Under the pieces are notes generated by a model. The model saw nothing but the letters and a program-made list of their open reading frames with translations. It ran no database searches and was not told the DNA's origin. A DNA stretch of 64,000 bases from the NCBI GenBank assembly GCA_012295275.1, contig CM022667.1, positions 20,770,001-20,834,000 of the forward strand, read 5' to 3'. Position 1 is the stretch's first letter. Each line of letters opens with the position of its first letter. The DNA is from Chrysomallon squamiferum. Its lineage: Eukaryota; Animalia; Mollusca. The translations under genes and the position numbers were made by a program. Below, one piece after another: positions 38,803 through 51,953 of the stretch.

Positions 38803-40040
38803 TTTTTTTCTTCTTCTTTTTAATATAATAAATTATTCCGATTCCCACAATATGACCACAGCCAAAAAGCTCAAAAGGCTATCCATGAAGACAAGTAACA
38901 ACAGTAAGTGAATTAATAGTAAATTTAGTCTCTGTTTTATTCTACATAGTTACTGTACTATCTCTAACACCCATCGGAAAATCCGAGTTGTTATTAACTG
39001 ACCACCTCCCTCCCCTTTTATGTTGGGAAGACTGTACTTACCTTTAGAATATCAGAGACGATGAGGCCCGTGGAGAAACCCGTGAAGACCGCTCCGAACC
39101 CAGCTAGGATACATCTAGGCATGCTTAAAATTGCACGGATTTCTCCAAATCTTTCTTTCCATGAGAGAATTTTTTTCTTCACAAAAATGTCAGGACTTTC
39201 AAAGAATATCAACACACTGCCAACTGCTACCACGCCAAGACATAAGTATAGCACCGTTAAAAACTGATAATAATTAACTGGGCTTGGAGGTTCCGACAGT
39301 CTGCGGGACAAGATGGGAATTAACGGGAGAGTGTACGTCCACTTTTCTGATTTGAAGTGCTCTCCGTTTCCCACTGAGATATTTCCAGGAATATTCGTCG
39401 ACCAAATGTCTGCACACTTAACGTTTGAAATCGAAAGCAAACCTGAGCTTAACAGGTTGCCGAGAATCTGAGCCGAGTGAATCGTGATAATAATTATTGT
39501 TTGAAAAAGTCTCAGAGATCGATCTATATCCATAGTGGAAACTGCCGAATAGTTGAGGGAATATCCAAGCAGTGTAAGCTCCTGGATGTTCCAGAAAAGA
39601 GGCTGAGAAATCCCCAGTAAACACGATGCTGGAATTAACGTATACATTGAAGGTATGACATTCGACACAGAGTACATTACATGGAATATAAGAGCTACGA
39701 TGAGCAAACATTTAGCGCGGAATTTACGAACCAGGAAGTTAGACGACAAACATCCAATAATGTAAAATCCATACAAAGCTATTAATGATATTGTTCCCAT
39801 GTGAAGTGACTGATGGATACTGCTTTGTAAGTTTCTAGATGGGAAAACTGCAATAAAGCTGAGAAAAGTGGCAGTGCAAAGAATTATAAAATTCCTCCAT
39901 GTCCCACGCCGCTTGACGTCGCATAATAACACGCCGCCATAACCACTGCTTCCTACCAGAGAGTTCATGTTTAACAAGTGTTTGTGTTTGAGCAGCTCCT
40001 CCCTGAAGTGAAGTCGCGATTGCTTGACGGTGTTCTCCAT
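19496..40040 (-). CDS. UNC-93-like (UNC93A-related) MFS membrane protein, about 520 aa, 4 coding exons
   Basis: Exons 40040-39042, 29658-29523, 20613-20482 and 19791-19496 (1563 nt, phases 0/1/1). UNC-93 hallmarks include F..F...NLQSS, YTLIPASCLLG...PLFW, SAQILGNLLSS, VGYMMVCFG, VWGIADGILQCQ and KEAA...R. Confidence 0.88.
22621..23143. repeat. 35-bp minisatellite, 15 copies
   Basis: Unit CTTCACTGTGTGTGCACGTGACAGGTATGTGATTT starting at 22621, 22656 and so on to 23111, head-to-tail with no spacers. Confidence 0.95.
26825..27012. repeat. (AAT/AAC/AGT)n microsatellite
   Basis: Direct inspection. Similar tracts occur at about 28510-28652 and 36627-36735. Confidence 0.9.
27547..27808. repeat. 52-bp tandem repeat, 5 identical copies
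   Basis: Unit AAACAGTGACTGCTTCGTATTGATGTATGATGCAGAAAAACTGTTACAAACA with period 52 (ACAGTGACTG at 27549, 27601, 27653, 27705, 27757). Confidence 0.95.
30788..31056 (+). mobile_element. CAGTGGCGGA-type MITE, copy 1
   Basis: TIRs CAGTGGCGGA and TCCGCCCCTG, a degenerate 8-bp flank match (TTTGTACT/TATGTACG), and homology to 37345-37675 (shared CCCTGAAGCTTG and CACGGTTATCTTCTTCAAT). Confidence 0.8.
34150..34730 (+). mobile_element. Degenerate Mutator-like (MULE) relic
   Basis: Inverted TGACAATTCCCCC and GGGGGAGTTGTCA near the ends. The internal frame contains HHPNIWLFLDVLKKVE, similar to the HPNIWxFIxxLxxE motif of animal MULE transposases. Confidence 0.6.
36020..36627 (+). mobile_element. 3' fragment of an RLE-type non-LTR retrotransposon (R4/Dong-like), decayed
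   Basis: Frameshifted remnants of QHDKAAS, PETV...VTVLW, NRTDIIV (RPD motif), EAENLSTK (ExEKxxKY) and TVVSGAFG (PVVIGALG). The fragment is flanked by AAT/AAC-rich repeats on both sides. Confidence 0.65.
37345..37675 (+). mobile_element. CAGTGGCGGA-type MITE, copy 2, with internal (AAT)n(GAT)n
   Basis: Same termini and internal blocks as 30788-31056, with a microsatellite of about 100 bp at about 37450-37548. Confidence 0.8.
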
Positions 40041-41728
40041 TTATAGGTGTCGGTCAGATGACCTTATACGCACGTAGTTAAATCCAGTGTCCTATTACTA
40101 CCACGACACCGTGAAGAGGCAGTCGCAGAAAATATCCATGGAGATGACAAAGCTTTGAAACAAGTTCTTTGATTGGTCAGACTGCTCGGCAGTATCTTCC
40201 GATTGACGTTCAGTTCATCATTACGCTTTCTGTTGCATTTACTGAATCTGCCGATCGCCAGTGAGTAAAACTCGTTTAGGCTTCAGTAATTTCATTTCTG
40301 AAAACAAAGTTAGAAAGAAATTGGTTTCTAATAGCGCCGAACTGATCAAACACTTAATACGCCAAGAGCATATTTAATTAAAATGGTTGTTACAGATGAA
40401 CAACCAATGTTTTTAGTTGAGAATATTAAAAATGATGTAAGTGATGAGAATCAACCTCTGATTAACTGTGGAAAGAACATGTGTATATCAAGCGGTTTAT
40501 TGATTTACGCTTGTCGATCTTATTTTACACAATGTCGTTTTTCTGTTAGCATGTAGTGCTTAAACTGAAGAGACAGGTTATATCGACATGCTTGCCACTA
40601 AGTATAACACACAAATTATTCTCAAGTAAAATCTTCGTTCGAACTACTTCTGAGATTAAATAGAAAGAAAAAAGTAGAAAAGCAAAAGAAAAAGGAACTA
40701 TAAAGTGCAAATATAACGAAAAAAGAAAGAGTTTTCAAACATGTATGGTTCTCTGATGTTTTATCCATCCATAATTAGTACAAAATAATTTAATCATAAA
40801 GCAAACATATTTATTTATATTTTTATTTATTTATTATGAATTTATTTATTTATTTATTTATTTATTTTATTTTATTTTATTTCATTTTTATTTTATTTTA
40901 TTTATCATTATTTTTATTTTTTTATTGTTATTATATTTTTTTTATACATCTTTGCTTTGGTCCTCGCTGACTAATTTGTCAGATACTTCAAAGTTAGGGC
41001 CGTTTATAATTAACATACACAGAGGACTTAAAAGGGTACATTATTAGTTAAAGGTACACTTCCAGCCGCCAGAAATCATTTAACAACCCTAATTATAGGA
41101 AATGATAGACTGAAGATAGTTCAAAATTTAAAATGTTAACTCCAGATATTATATTCAAAGTCTGATTTTAACTTCTGTTTCTCTGCTACAAAAATACCGC
41201 GACCTCGTTATGAGACACCAAAGCTTCACTCAGACTGCTCTGGCATAGAAGATGTTAATCTATATACCTTTTTTTTTTTTCTTTCTTTCTTTCAACTCAC
41301 GGTATCTAGCTATTATATATTTATGCAGTTCATTGAAATACCACGAAAGCATATTATTTATAGACAAATAGTTTCCCCATCTATGTGTTTATTTGTTTCA
41401 AATACATATATATATATATATATATATGTACAACATACATATATATAGATATATATTTTTATATTATACCAGTTTTAATATATATATATTAAAACTGGTA
41501 GAAGGGAATCCAAAGAAGACCGCGAATTACTTTAAAAGCTAAAATATTCTCGTGCATCGTAAGAAGATAAAGGTCTCTAGGGGTTTAGATTCAGAACTTC
41601 ATTTTCTTTGAAACAAAAATAAATAACACAGTCATCGTTTATTTATAACAAAATCAGTTTCCTTTATTTGATGACTATTTGGAATGTGTATGTGTTTGAG
41701 CGCGCGTCCGTGTGTGTGTGTGTGTGTA

Positions 41729-41777
<49 letters not shown>

Positions 41778-42074
41778 AATGAAAATTAATTTTGTCATAG
41801 TTAAAATGTAATTGAAGTCGTGAAACTAAAAAGAATACTTCAAAGCAAGCTTAAATTGAATGACGTCTGCGTCACTTTAAGATCAAAGAGCGATATACCC
41901 ACATAGGTAAACACGTCTCATTAAATCAAAGACGATTACTGAAGATTTTTTACCTCTAATTTGAATGGTATTTTCCCAAACTTGCTTGATATAAATAAAT
42001 ACCAGCCATATAGCGTTACAGTGACTAACTGAAATAGTGTTATTAACTCAGAAACATGAGAATTCGCAAACAAT

Positions 42075-42077
<3 letters not shown>

Positions 42078-42139
<62 letters not shown>
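42078..42139. repeat. (CT)n microsatellite
   Basis: Direct inspection. (AG)n tracts also occur at about 19908-19941, 41733-41771 and 48348-48426. Confidence 0.9.
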
Positions 42140-42142
<3 letters not shown>

Positions 42143-43375
42143 TTTGAGCTGACATTACTTTTTAGTATATATATATATATATATATGTTTATGTGTTTAA
42201 CTGACAGATTCTTCTTATTATTACTAGTAGTAGTAGTAGTAGCAGTAATATAGTAGTAGTAGTAGGATTAGTAATAGCAGTAGTAGTAGTAGTGGTAGTA
42301 GTAATAATAGTAGTAGTAATTGTTATTATTGCTGTGGTTAATTCTATATTATTTATATGATTAGTCTAAATTACTGATTTCTGTTATTAAATATATTAGA
42401 AAAATGACAACTACCTGATTTTTTTGGTAAAGATCATTTCAGAGTGTTGCCATTTTAAAATGTCAGCTGAAATTTTAAAAATAATCGATGGTTTTTGCCT
42501 ACAGCCTATGATAAAATAATGTTTATGAAATTATAATAACGCTGCAGGTTAACTCAGTTGGTGCACAATGTGAAACGAACACAAAACTCATTCTACAGAA
42601 CAATATGAAAAACATAAATTCTCGCAACAAAAATGACATTAATTTTTTTTTTTAAATTGTTATTGATGTTATGCGAGAAATGATGATTTGTACTGAGAGA
42701 TGAAATTTTTCTAATGGTCTCTAATTTCAGTATATTATCCGTCATCAATCACCTTAGACACAGGGATGTTTTTTGTTTCTTTGCAACCGTATAGTTCTTC
42801 TACTCATATCAGAGTTTTTGACGATTCAGAAACTTAAATAAAAATATCACCTATACATTCATGACAAACTCAGGCATTCACTAAATGTTACCAGGAAAAT
42901 AAACACATTTGCTAAACCGTTTCCATGACAAAGCACCAGCTATAAAAAACATTATTTTGAGTGGAGACTATATAGTGCTACACGCCTGGCGTTACACACA
43001 GAGTATTAAGAAAGAGCTGGCATGTAGAAATTGCTATTCCTTACTGATAATCCGACCCTAAGGACAAATAGGATTCTCATTAGGAAATGTCCGTTCAGAT
43101 TGTTTTCTGTGAGAATGTAATGGGATACACCTACCATTATTATACTTATTCAGTTAGCAGATCTGTTGACATGTTGTTTGAAAGTCTGATATTGTCATGA
43201 CAACCACGGATTAACTAAATGTCAATGGCAAATGTAATATCACAAAGGAAAAGCTCTAGAGTGTTTTCTGATCTCTGTTATCATGTTATATAATATCCAT
43301 ATACGTCATAATAACAGTGCCCAAATAAAAATGATTTCTGTATCTCTAGAAAGCATTGGGAAACATTATAATATA

Positions 43376-44404
43376 TACTCTAACAGAAAAGAAACGCAAA
43401 AGTAGATTTTATTGACTTTGGGAATATCTGTCTAATGGATCAACAGAAAGCAGAAGAATTTTACACATACTTTCGCAATTCATTAACATTGATGGTATTA
43501 CACTGAAAAGGTTAAATTTCAAGGCTATAACAGTATAATATCAATACGTTGTGTGCCCACCATGGAAGTCCAGAACAGCCTGACATCTCCTTGCCATGGC
43601 AGTAATGACATTACGAATTACACCTTGTGGAATGGTGGCCCACTCTGTCTGTAGTAATAATGCCAACTGAACACGATTCTGTGGCTATGGTTGATGCTGC
43701 CTCTGTCGTCTATCCAACTCATCCCATAAGTGCTCTATAGGGTTCAAATCCGGAGATTGGGAGGGCGAGGGCAGGACCTGAATGTTATTGTTGTGTAGGT
43801 ACGTCGTAGTCGACGATGTTGTTGAATCAAAACCACTCTTGTTACAGGCCGTCTGGCTCGAATACCTGCCTCGCGTAAACGACTGCACACTGTCTGAGCC
43901 GATATTCTACGCAGACCTCGGATTGCTGAAGCAGTAGAGGTAGCCGTGGTGGTTCTTTCCCCTAGATGAAGTACCCGTATGTAGCGGCCCTGGGCCCTGG
44001 AGGCTACACGTGGTCTGCCTGATCTGGGGCGGTCACGTGTTGTTTGGTGTTGCTGGAACCGATACCACATCTCAAGATGGTGTTTCGTTGCGGTTCACTC
44101 AGTCGTGGCATTTGTTTGATGTTGGGTCAGAACAAAAATAACGAACAGAAATATTCGAAAACCTTGCATTTTTATAACCCTCGTATTCAAGTTTCATGTG
44201 CCGCAGGTGCACATGCACTGGTAACATGGTTTGCATGCGGGGACGTTTTTTGCTAATAAACAGGCCATAGCCTTTATTTTGTGTTACCTGCTTTTTGGCG
44301 ACTATAACTAAAGCTATACGTTTGAATCACCAAATGTTATTATATTCACAGTTTGTATGTGTCAGTTTACAATAGTTATTGAGAAATCAACCATTTTGCG
44401 TTTC
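43376..44404 (-). mobile_element. Internally deleted Tc1-like transposon
   Basis: HTH region (DRPRSGRPRV...ISAQTVCSRLREAGIRARRP) fused directly to the C-terminal PSQSPDLNPIEHLWDELDRR. GAAACGCAAAA near 43391 is inverted as TTTTGCGTTTC near 44394. Confidence 0.85.
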
Positions 44405-44853
44405 ATATCTCCCCTAAAAAGCAACTTATCTCTATGAAATTTTCAGGGTATCAAGTTCATACCTTGAAATTAAAATTTTTCTCGGTAAGGTTATAGCTAA
44501 TTATATATAGATATAAGTATAAACATTTTGATTTTGATATTTTCAACAAATAAAATTAAATATTGATATCTATATTTAAGATTCATTTTGAAAGTGAAAG
44601 GTGATCACCTTTCTTGTGCCTGTATGGTTTTATAAGGATATTTTCGTTGGCAGAATAAAAATAATTTTAGAACAGAAAAAGGAAAAAGTAAATAGCGAAC
44701 CAATTGAGAAATATGTGTACTAAGCCACTAAAACGGCTTTTAATTTAGAAAACGGACGAACTGGAGTTAGCTACTTCCAACAGACTGCATATTGTAGGCT
44801 GGATAACTCTGAAGACGAATTTCATTTCATTTTAATAGGTCCACTGTATTTGC

Positions 44854-44885
<32 letters not shown>

Positions 44886-46574
44886 CAACAACAACAACAA
44901 CTATAATAATAATAATAACTGTTGCTTTTTTAAAGAGTAAGGTTAAGACCGTCTTTAAATTAATACAATTACTGTCTGTCCTGAATAGAAGACAACTTTG
45001 TAACCTTGGTAACTGTTTAAAACATGCATTGTATATAAGAGCGCAACATGTATAACTGTCCATCTCCAAATACGCATCCTCTTTTTTATGTTTATGCTGA
45101 TAATTATTTGTATATGACTAATAATACTGTGTCCACTTGTTGGTATTTATGCTGATGATTATTTATAAATGACTTATAATATTGTACCTCTGTTATCATG
45201 AATGTTTATGAGCTTAAAGTAAATAAGCTACTACGGGTAACACTTCATGATTACACTGAAGTGCTTTAATTATAAAAGGAAGTAAATGTGATTACGTGGA
45301 TTTTGTTTTGAAATAAAAATGTTTTTAAACGCCTTAATAACTTTTCTATCGGATTGCGTCGATAATCTGTTTAAATAAATGTCAAATTTGATTAAAAAAA
45401 TAATATATATATATATATTAATTGGTTCACGTAACAATGATAGGTCGTCGTGAAGAGTTCTGGTGATAAACTAACTGAAAAAAAATTTAAATGGTTTTCT
45501 CAAATTTTTAACTTCATTCTTTAGTATACACTTGGAAAATAAATATGTGAGTATAACGCGATAATTTGACCTGTTAAAAGAAGAATTAATTTTAACAGTT
45601 TATAAACGTACAGGAATTTGAAAGTATATTTCGGAGGATTCTTTACCTCGCCTTACAAAAGAAATTCAAACGTTTGAAAAACTCGTCTACAAGCCGTGAA
45701 GTATCCAGACTTACCGACTCGTACTCGAGTGTGACGTATTTCAAATAGGAAATGCATGTAGTTGTAATTTCCGCACCCGAAGATCTGGTACAGAAGAAAA
45801 TAATGGGTTTCGTAAAAATCGCATCTTTACTGGGCCAGAGTATGTTGTGGCATGTGAGGTAATTACAGTATAGGAAATATAATAATAGTATTATAATACA
45901 GGGCAATACTTCTCTGTAACAGAATGTCTATTTTATAAAATTTTAAAAATTTAAATATATACATTTATTTGTGAGTATACGTATATTTGTATGTGTGTAT
46001 GTATGTATGTATGTATGTATGTGTATATATACGTATGTATTTATGTGCGTGTGTGTATGTATTTTTGTGTTTGAATACTCTCTGTCCGTATGTATGTATT
46101 CGATGTTTTTAATATGTAATGTAAATATACGTGCAGATAATTATGTTTATATGTATGTATCGATGTAAGTATATAATTATGTTTCCTTTTAAGTACGTAT
46201 GTATGTAAATATACGTATGTATGTGTGCATTAGTTAGTTTTGCGTTATAAGACATCACCACATAACAAAAGAGTTGAACGAAATGCCACAACCAAATTGT
46301 AATAATGAACTCAAAACATTAGTTTCGTACACTTTCTCAGGTGGGACAGTCTAAGTTACACACGTCACAAATTGAGACAGCAATCAAATCCACCCGTTTT
46401 GTACATACTCCCAGAGTAGCGCCTGGGTGTGCTACATATTAACACTGTCCAAGCATTTTCACATAGCCGATTTGATAAACACATCCTCAACAGAAGTTCA
46501 CAAACATAATTCATTATTGACAGAATAAATACACTGGCTGCTATAATATAATGCACAGGGATGTTTATGTTTGC

Positions 46575-46610
<36 letters not shown>

Positions 46611-46875
46611 ATTATAGGCAATCATCATAGGCAATTGAATGTTTGAATTTGTCAGTTTCCTTGCAGAAATAGCCTTTCTATATATTGGTGCAATTATTCA
46701 TTTTAAATTTTTACCCTATTATTATATGTTATGTATATTTTAGTGGTCACCGCCATTTTATGACAATTCTAAACGTTTTTTTAAACATTTCTTTTTCAGA
46801 TGTGTTAAAGAGTAGTCAGGTTATAATATAATGCTACAATGAATTAAAAGTTTCCATTAATACCTTTTAGATTTA

Positions 46876-46954
46876 GGAATCCCGCTAACTCCTTTCATGG
46901 ATTACTCTTACCCATTAGTAGTAAGGAATCTTTTTTATGAACCTTCCCATAGAC
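46876..46954 (-). mobile_element. Nin-domain SINE fragment
   Basis: GGAATCCCGCT...CATGGATTACTCTTACCCATTAGTAGTAAGGAATCTTTTTTATGAACCTTCCCATAGAC matches, as recalled, the reverse of the Nin core (GGAAACCCGCT...CATGGGCTACTCTT..CGATTAGCAGCAAGGGATCTTTTATATGCAC..TCCCACAGAC). Confidence 0.65.
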
Positions 46955-47078
46955 TACTCGCCATCGCCTAGGATTTCGAACTCCAGGAATTTGTTTAAAT
47001 ATTCCATTCGCGCTAAAACACATTATTTATTTCAAATATATTACAGTCATAAAATAAATTATACTGACATATTACGTA

Positions 47079-47119
<41 letters not shown>

Positions 47120-48362
47120 TAGTAATAAAGACGTTCTGTCGATCTAATTTAATTCATAGTGATAAAGTATATTAAAGACTGATCCATTTCCTGGTCACTA
47201 TTTGCCATTTTGTTTCAAATGTGTAACAATAAAAGCTCTCAATAAACTTCTTACAATTTTAACTGTCCTTGGAGAAATTAAAAAATCAGCAGAAGTACAA
47301 GAGATCAAATAAGACAGAAACCGATACTGTCACTGACGCGTTAATAAAAGCTAATTTACGATGTAATAAAATAAAGACACCAAATTGTACTTAAAGATTA
47401 ATAGAGCTTATTAAAGCAGATGGAATTTGTTTTAAGTGAACTGTTTGAACAGATGACAGTTTCCAAATTAGACACATACGAAGTTTTCGATTATCACAAC
47501 AAAATGTAGAATTTATTTTCTTGTTAATAATCTGCATATTTTTTTTCCATGTATACCCTGAAATAAAAAAATTAAACAAATTTAAATGCAAAATACAACA
47601 GCAGGAGTTTTCATTTTAACAATTTTATGAGTTTGAAGATAAAGATTTAGAACTTGTTTAAACAAAAAAAAATTAAAATAGGAGAAGCCAATTCTTGTTA
47701 TATATTCTTCCGGTCAGACGAATACTCACGGGAAATCTCAAAGCAAATCATTGTTCGTGTTTGCAACTGATTACAACTGTAATTTACTGTAATTCTGACG
47801 AACTTGCTTTATTAACATATATTCTGGATAATACAACGACTAGAGATAATTCAAATGTTAAAAATGAGACTTGGTAAGGCAAAGAATTAAAATAAGAATG
47901 TTCTTAATCTTATTAGTGTAATACACATGTTAAGTTTTCATTGTGTGTTATTACAATAATAATTTTTCATGTTCTTCGCTAACCTCTGTTAAATCAATTT
48001 GATCTTGATCCTTGTAATAATATAACGCTCTAAAATAGTCTCGCGATATTGTCCACAATGTGCCGACCGTTTATTAAGTTTCTTTTAACGTGCAACAATC
48101 AAGGCAGGTTTTCTTTTTTTGTTGTATTTTTTTTTTTTCTTTAACTGTATGAAATAAAATTATACTCATATTGCTATATTCGATATGTCACCTTGTTAAC
48201 GTATCACATATGTTTTGCTGAATATCTTATATTTCTGTTTGTTCAAATGCTACTTCAGTTGACGAGAAGGGGGCGAATGCGTTAGGAATACTTTATTTAT
48301 AAAATTTAGCCGGAATTTGACGGAATTGATCCCAAGAGCTAGAGAAAGAGAGAGAGAGAGAC

Positions 48363-48431
<69 letters not shown>

Positions 48432-49765
48432 TAGGCAAAACCAAAATAAGCTGGTCTCTATTAGGAAACGAAGTGTTGATTCCACAATTTAAATTTCTTT
48501 GATGTTCTTGGCATGTCAGATGATTTCCGTTCTGTATTTTTTTTTCTTAACGGGAATATTTAATGCTGGAGGATGTTAAACTGAGTGTGTATGACGAGTG
48601 CATCGATTTCCTGTGTTTAAGTCTGAAAAGGAGGAATCGTGTAAAATTAACTCAATGATCAAAAGATATGGGAAGGCACTTCGGCTATGTGATAGTCAAA
48701 TTCCGTTGACAACTCACATTATTAACTTTATTATTTCTTTCAGTTTTGAAAAACAAAGGAAAATAGTAAGTTATAACTGCAGGGTATCACAACTGTTCTT
48801 GTTTACTCATTTCTGACTGTGCCAGCTGTTCAAAAGAAAATACTGTCGTACTTTATTTTGTGGTGATACATGTGATTTATATTTTTAAAGTGTATTTTTG
48901 TCAGTCTTCATACATACTATACATTTCACTCAGCAGCCTCCAGAAATTTTGAATTTAGCTCACAGACTCCTGGTATTACTTTTATGGACCCCAAATGCCA
49001 GGAACCACAGACTGGGAACCTTGATCCAGAAATCCAGATAAATGACGTGGAATGTGTTGTAAAGTTCTAGCTATTCGAACCGACAGTTGTGCGACTTCCT
49101 CAATAACACAGAATCCAATTAATCTAAAAATCGATTACCGTGAACTCATGCAATGACATGTTGTGATTTTTCTTGTACAAACGTGTCAATCTTTTCCTCC
49201 GGGCTTCGAGACCATCTAATGGGCATCAATACCGTGATGATCGACTTTTGATTGCTGATGTCGCCGCAGACCGCAGCATATACTGAGTTCATCTATGTGG
49301 TGTTAATTGCCGCAACAAACCAAGAAGAAGATACTTAAGAAGAATCTTTTGGTGCCGACCTGTTCCTGTGATGTTCGAATTTTACAGGTTTCGTATATGC
49401 CAATTTCAAACAAGTAGCAAAAATTTTAAGAAGTAATAACACACAATTTTTATTTTTAATATATATTGTATAAATATATATCCTTAATAGCTACGTCATT
49501 TATTGGAAAGGGAGGTGGAGGAATTAATATTTTAAATTAGCTCATGTTATTGTTTTTATTGTTGTTTTGAATGATTTCTTGCTTTTATATATATGTGTGT
49601 GTTATTGAAAACCAATCTGAACCTTTTTTAAATAAAAATTTAAATTTATTGATTTAATTTATTATTATTATTATTTTAATATGAGTTATTTTTAACTTAT
49701 TTATTTAATAACAATACAGTCGTCGACTTAGTTGTTCTCATGTATGAGAGTGGTGCGGTGTATAA

Positions 49766-50108
49766 AGCTAGGTTAATACTTCTCTGCCGACTGAGCAGTC
49801 AGTCGGCAGACTGCTTCGTTTGTTTGTTGTTGTTGTTTTTGTGTGTGTGTGTGTGTTTTGTTTTGTTTTTCATTTTATAAAATAAAATAAAATAAAATAA
49901 AAATACTGACAATTCATACTTTGCTTTTTGTTGTAACTCTCGCTTACTTCGATCCACTGTTGTTCTGTCCGTGAATATTCGCTGTATTTTGGTAAAATGA
50001 TATCATAGGATTTGGATATTAAAACGGATTGTTTGTTGTCGCCGACGTAGATTTCCGTTCTGCATAGAGTTCGGCGTAGAGGTCGGTGGGTGAAGTATGA
50101 ATCTACCT
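49766..50108. mobile_element. PIF/Harbinger-type MITE
   Basis: TIRs AGCTAGGTTAATACTTC and (rc) AGGTAGATTCATACTTC (14 of 17 match), a TAA TSD on both sides, and an internal 12-bp stem at 49783-49810. Confidence 0.75.
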
Positions 50109-51291
50109 TAATTCAAGTGTACGTTCGGTTAATGGATTGTAATAAAAACGCAGAAAGTATTAAAGACAATGTACCTGCGAACTGTGTTTGATTTTAAACT
50201 AAGACTGGGAATCCATTTACCCGATACCGAAACGACACGACTCGACACGAAACACATCGCTGCAACGTAATCCTCACATTGTGAATCCATTACCATGAAA
50301 CGAGTCCGAGACGGCATGGACATGAAATGCTTTTTCACCGACATGAAATGCTTTTTCGTTCCATGTAAATTTGTTTCGTGTCTTATGTATTTTCTCTCAC
50401 TAGATTTTCGACAATATGCCTACTGCTCAGGCCTGCGAACTGAAAAATATATATATATAATCGGAAAATATTTCATTTGAAGTGAAAGACCACCGAAAAA
50501 AAACAACAGAAAATACAGAAAAAAGTATATCAAGATGTTGTAATTTATTTTAAGTTTTATTTATTATAAGTGTTGGAACCTTCAAGGAATGAAAGTCTTA
50601 GAACTTCATTTCTTAGTAAATGGAATAATAATGTAAAAAAATGTAATACAATCACAAAAAAAAAGCAACAACAAAAAAAAAAAAAAAAAAAATAGGAAAC
50701 AGTGACCAACCATAAATTACAAAAGGCAACACTGCAATAAATATGAATTTGATAATGTCTGAATTAAAACAGATAAAAAAAAAATAATAATAAAAAGTAT
50801 ATCAAAAGATTTAAAATAGAACTTGAAACAACTAAAGCGGATATTTTGAGATAAAAGAGCGAAAGGTTAAAACAATTGAAACCAAAACTGTCGGCCTAGA
50901 AGTTGAAAAAGAATCAATCATTTCGAAAGCAGTTAACCTCAAAACAATGACACATGGAAAAGTTGTGGTAAAATGATGAACTCGTCGAAACCCATATGGA
51001 ACCCATATGAAATCCACGTGTTTGGTAACGAAATAACAATACTGCGGCGTCTGCGCATGACTTACCGCCTTGCTGCAAACTGAACGTAAACAAGTTTGTT
51101 CCACGAAGTCTCACATTACTAATATCGATGCTGCAATAATAAGATAAAAAAAAAAAAAAAAAACATTATGAAAAATGAAACAAAATTTTTAAAAATGTTT
51201 GGCGGTGGGATTTGTTAATAGGAATTATGTTTGAGAAAATCCGCGAAAATGGCTTTGGATTTTCTAAACAGTACAGGGAGTCAGTGAATTG

Positions 51292-51769
51292 TCGGTGCAG
51301 TTTGGCGTGTGATCTAATCGTCATGAAATTTGCGCCATTCTTCTGTCAACCACCAAAGACATTATGTTGATCCAAAAACTGGAGCAATACTCAAGCAACT
51401 GAAAGAACCTGGTTGGATTCGATTTTTCGTATTTTGAAAAATATGACATAAGTGGACCAAAGAAGCTTCCAATGACACCTTGATTATTTCTGTTGACTAC
51501 AGCTGAGGAAGAATGCTGAAGATCTTTTTCTTGCGTTACTAGCAGATGTTCGCTGAATTATTTGATAAAATAATTAAGATTTGTTTACTTTTATCCATTG
51601 TTCCTATAAATTATAAATATATAATAAAAGGAAAATGTTTTTCATTTATGCCGTGAAAAAAAAAAAAAAAAAAAACCAACAATAAACAAAATAATCATTA
51701 GAATAAGCGCATAGATCACACACAAATTAGAATTTGCACGGTGTAGATCACACGCCAAAGGAGCACCGA
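51292..51769. mobile_element. Unclassified TIR element / MITE
   Basis: Perfect 16-bp inverted repeat TTTGGCGTGTGATCTA (51301) and TAGATCACACGCCAAA (51744), extendable by TCGGTGC and GCACCGA. An extra subterminal copy lies at about 51712. Confidence 0.6.
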
Positions 51770-51916
51770 ATGTTCCTGATCACTAAGTGAAGTCAGATTC
51801 AAAATCAGTTTTAACATGTGCACAGATGAACCATTTAGCCAGTTGATTAAAAATCAAAATTACAAGACGAAAAAATAAAGTTTAAGCTAAAGTATTTTAT
51901 TTATTCATTATTATTA

Positions 51917-51953
<37 letters not shown>

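Noticed and set aside
49768-49810. Helitron 3' end (hairpin plus CTAG 11 nt away on the minus strand)
   Set aside because: The CTAG lies within a 17-bp TIR that has a partner ending at 50108 and a TAA TSD, so a Harbinger MITE explains it better.
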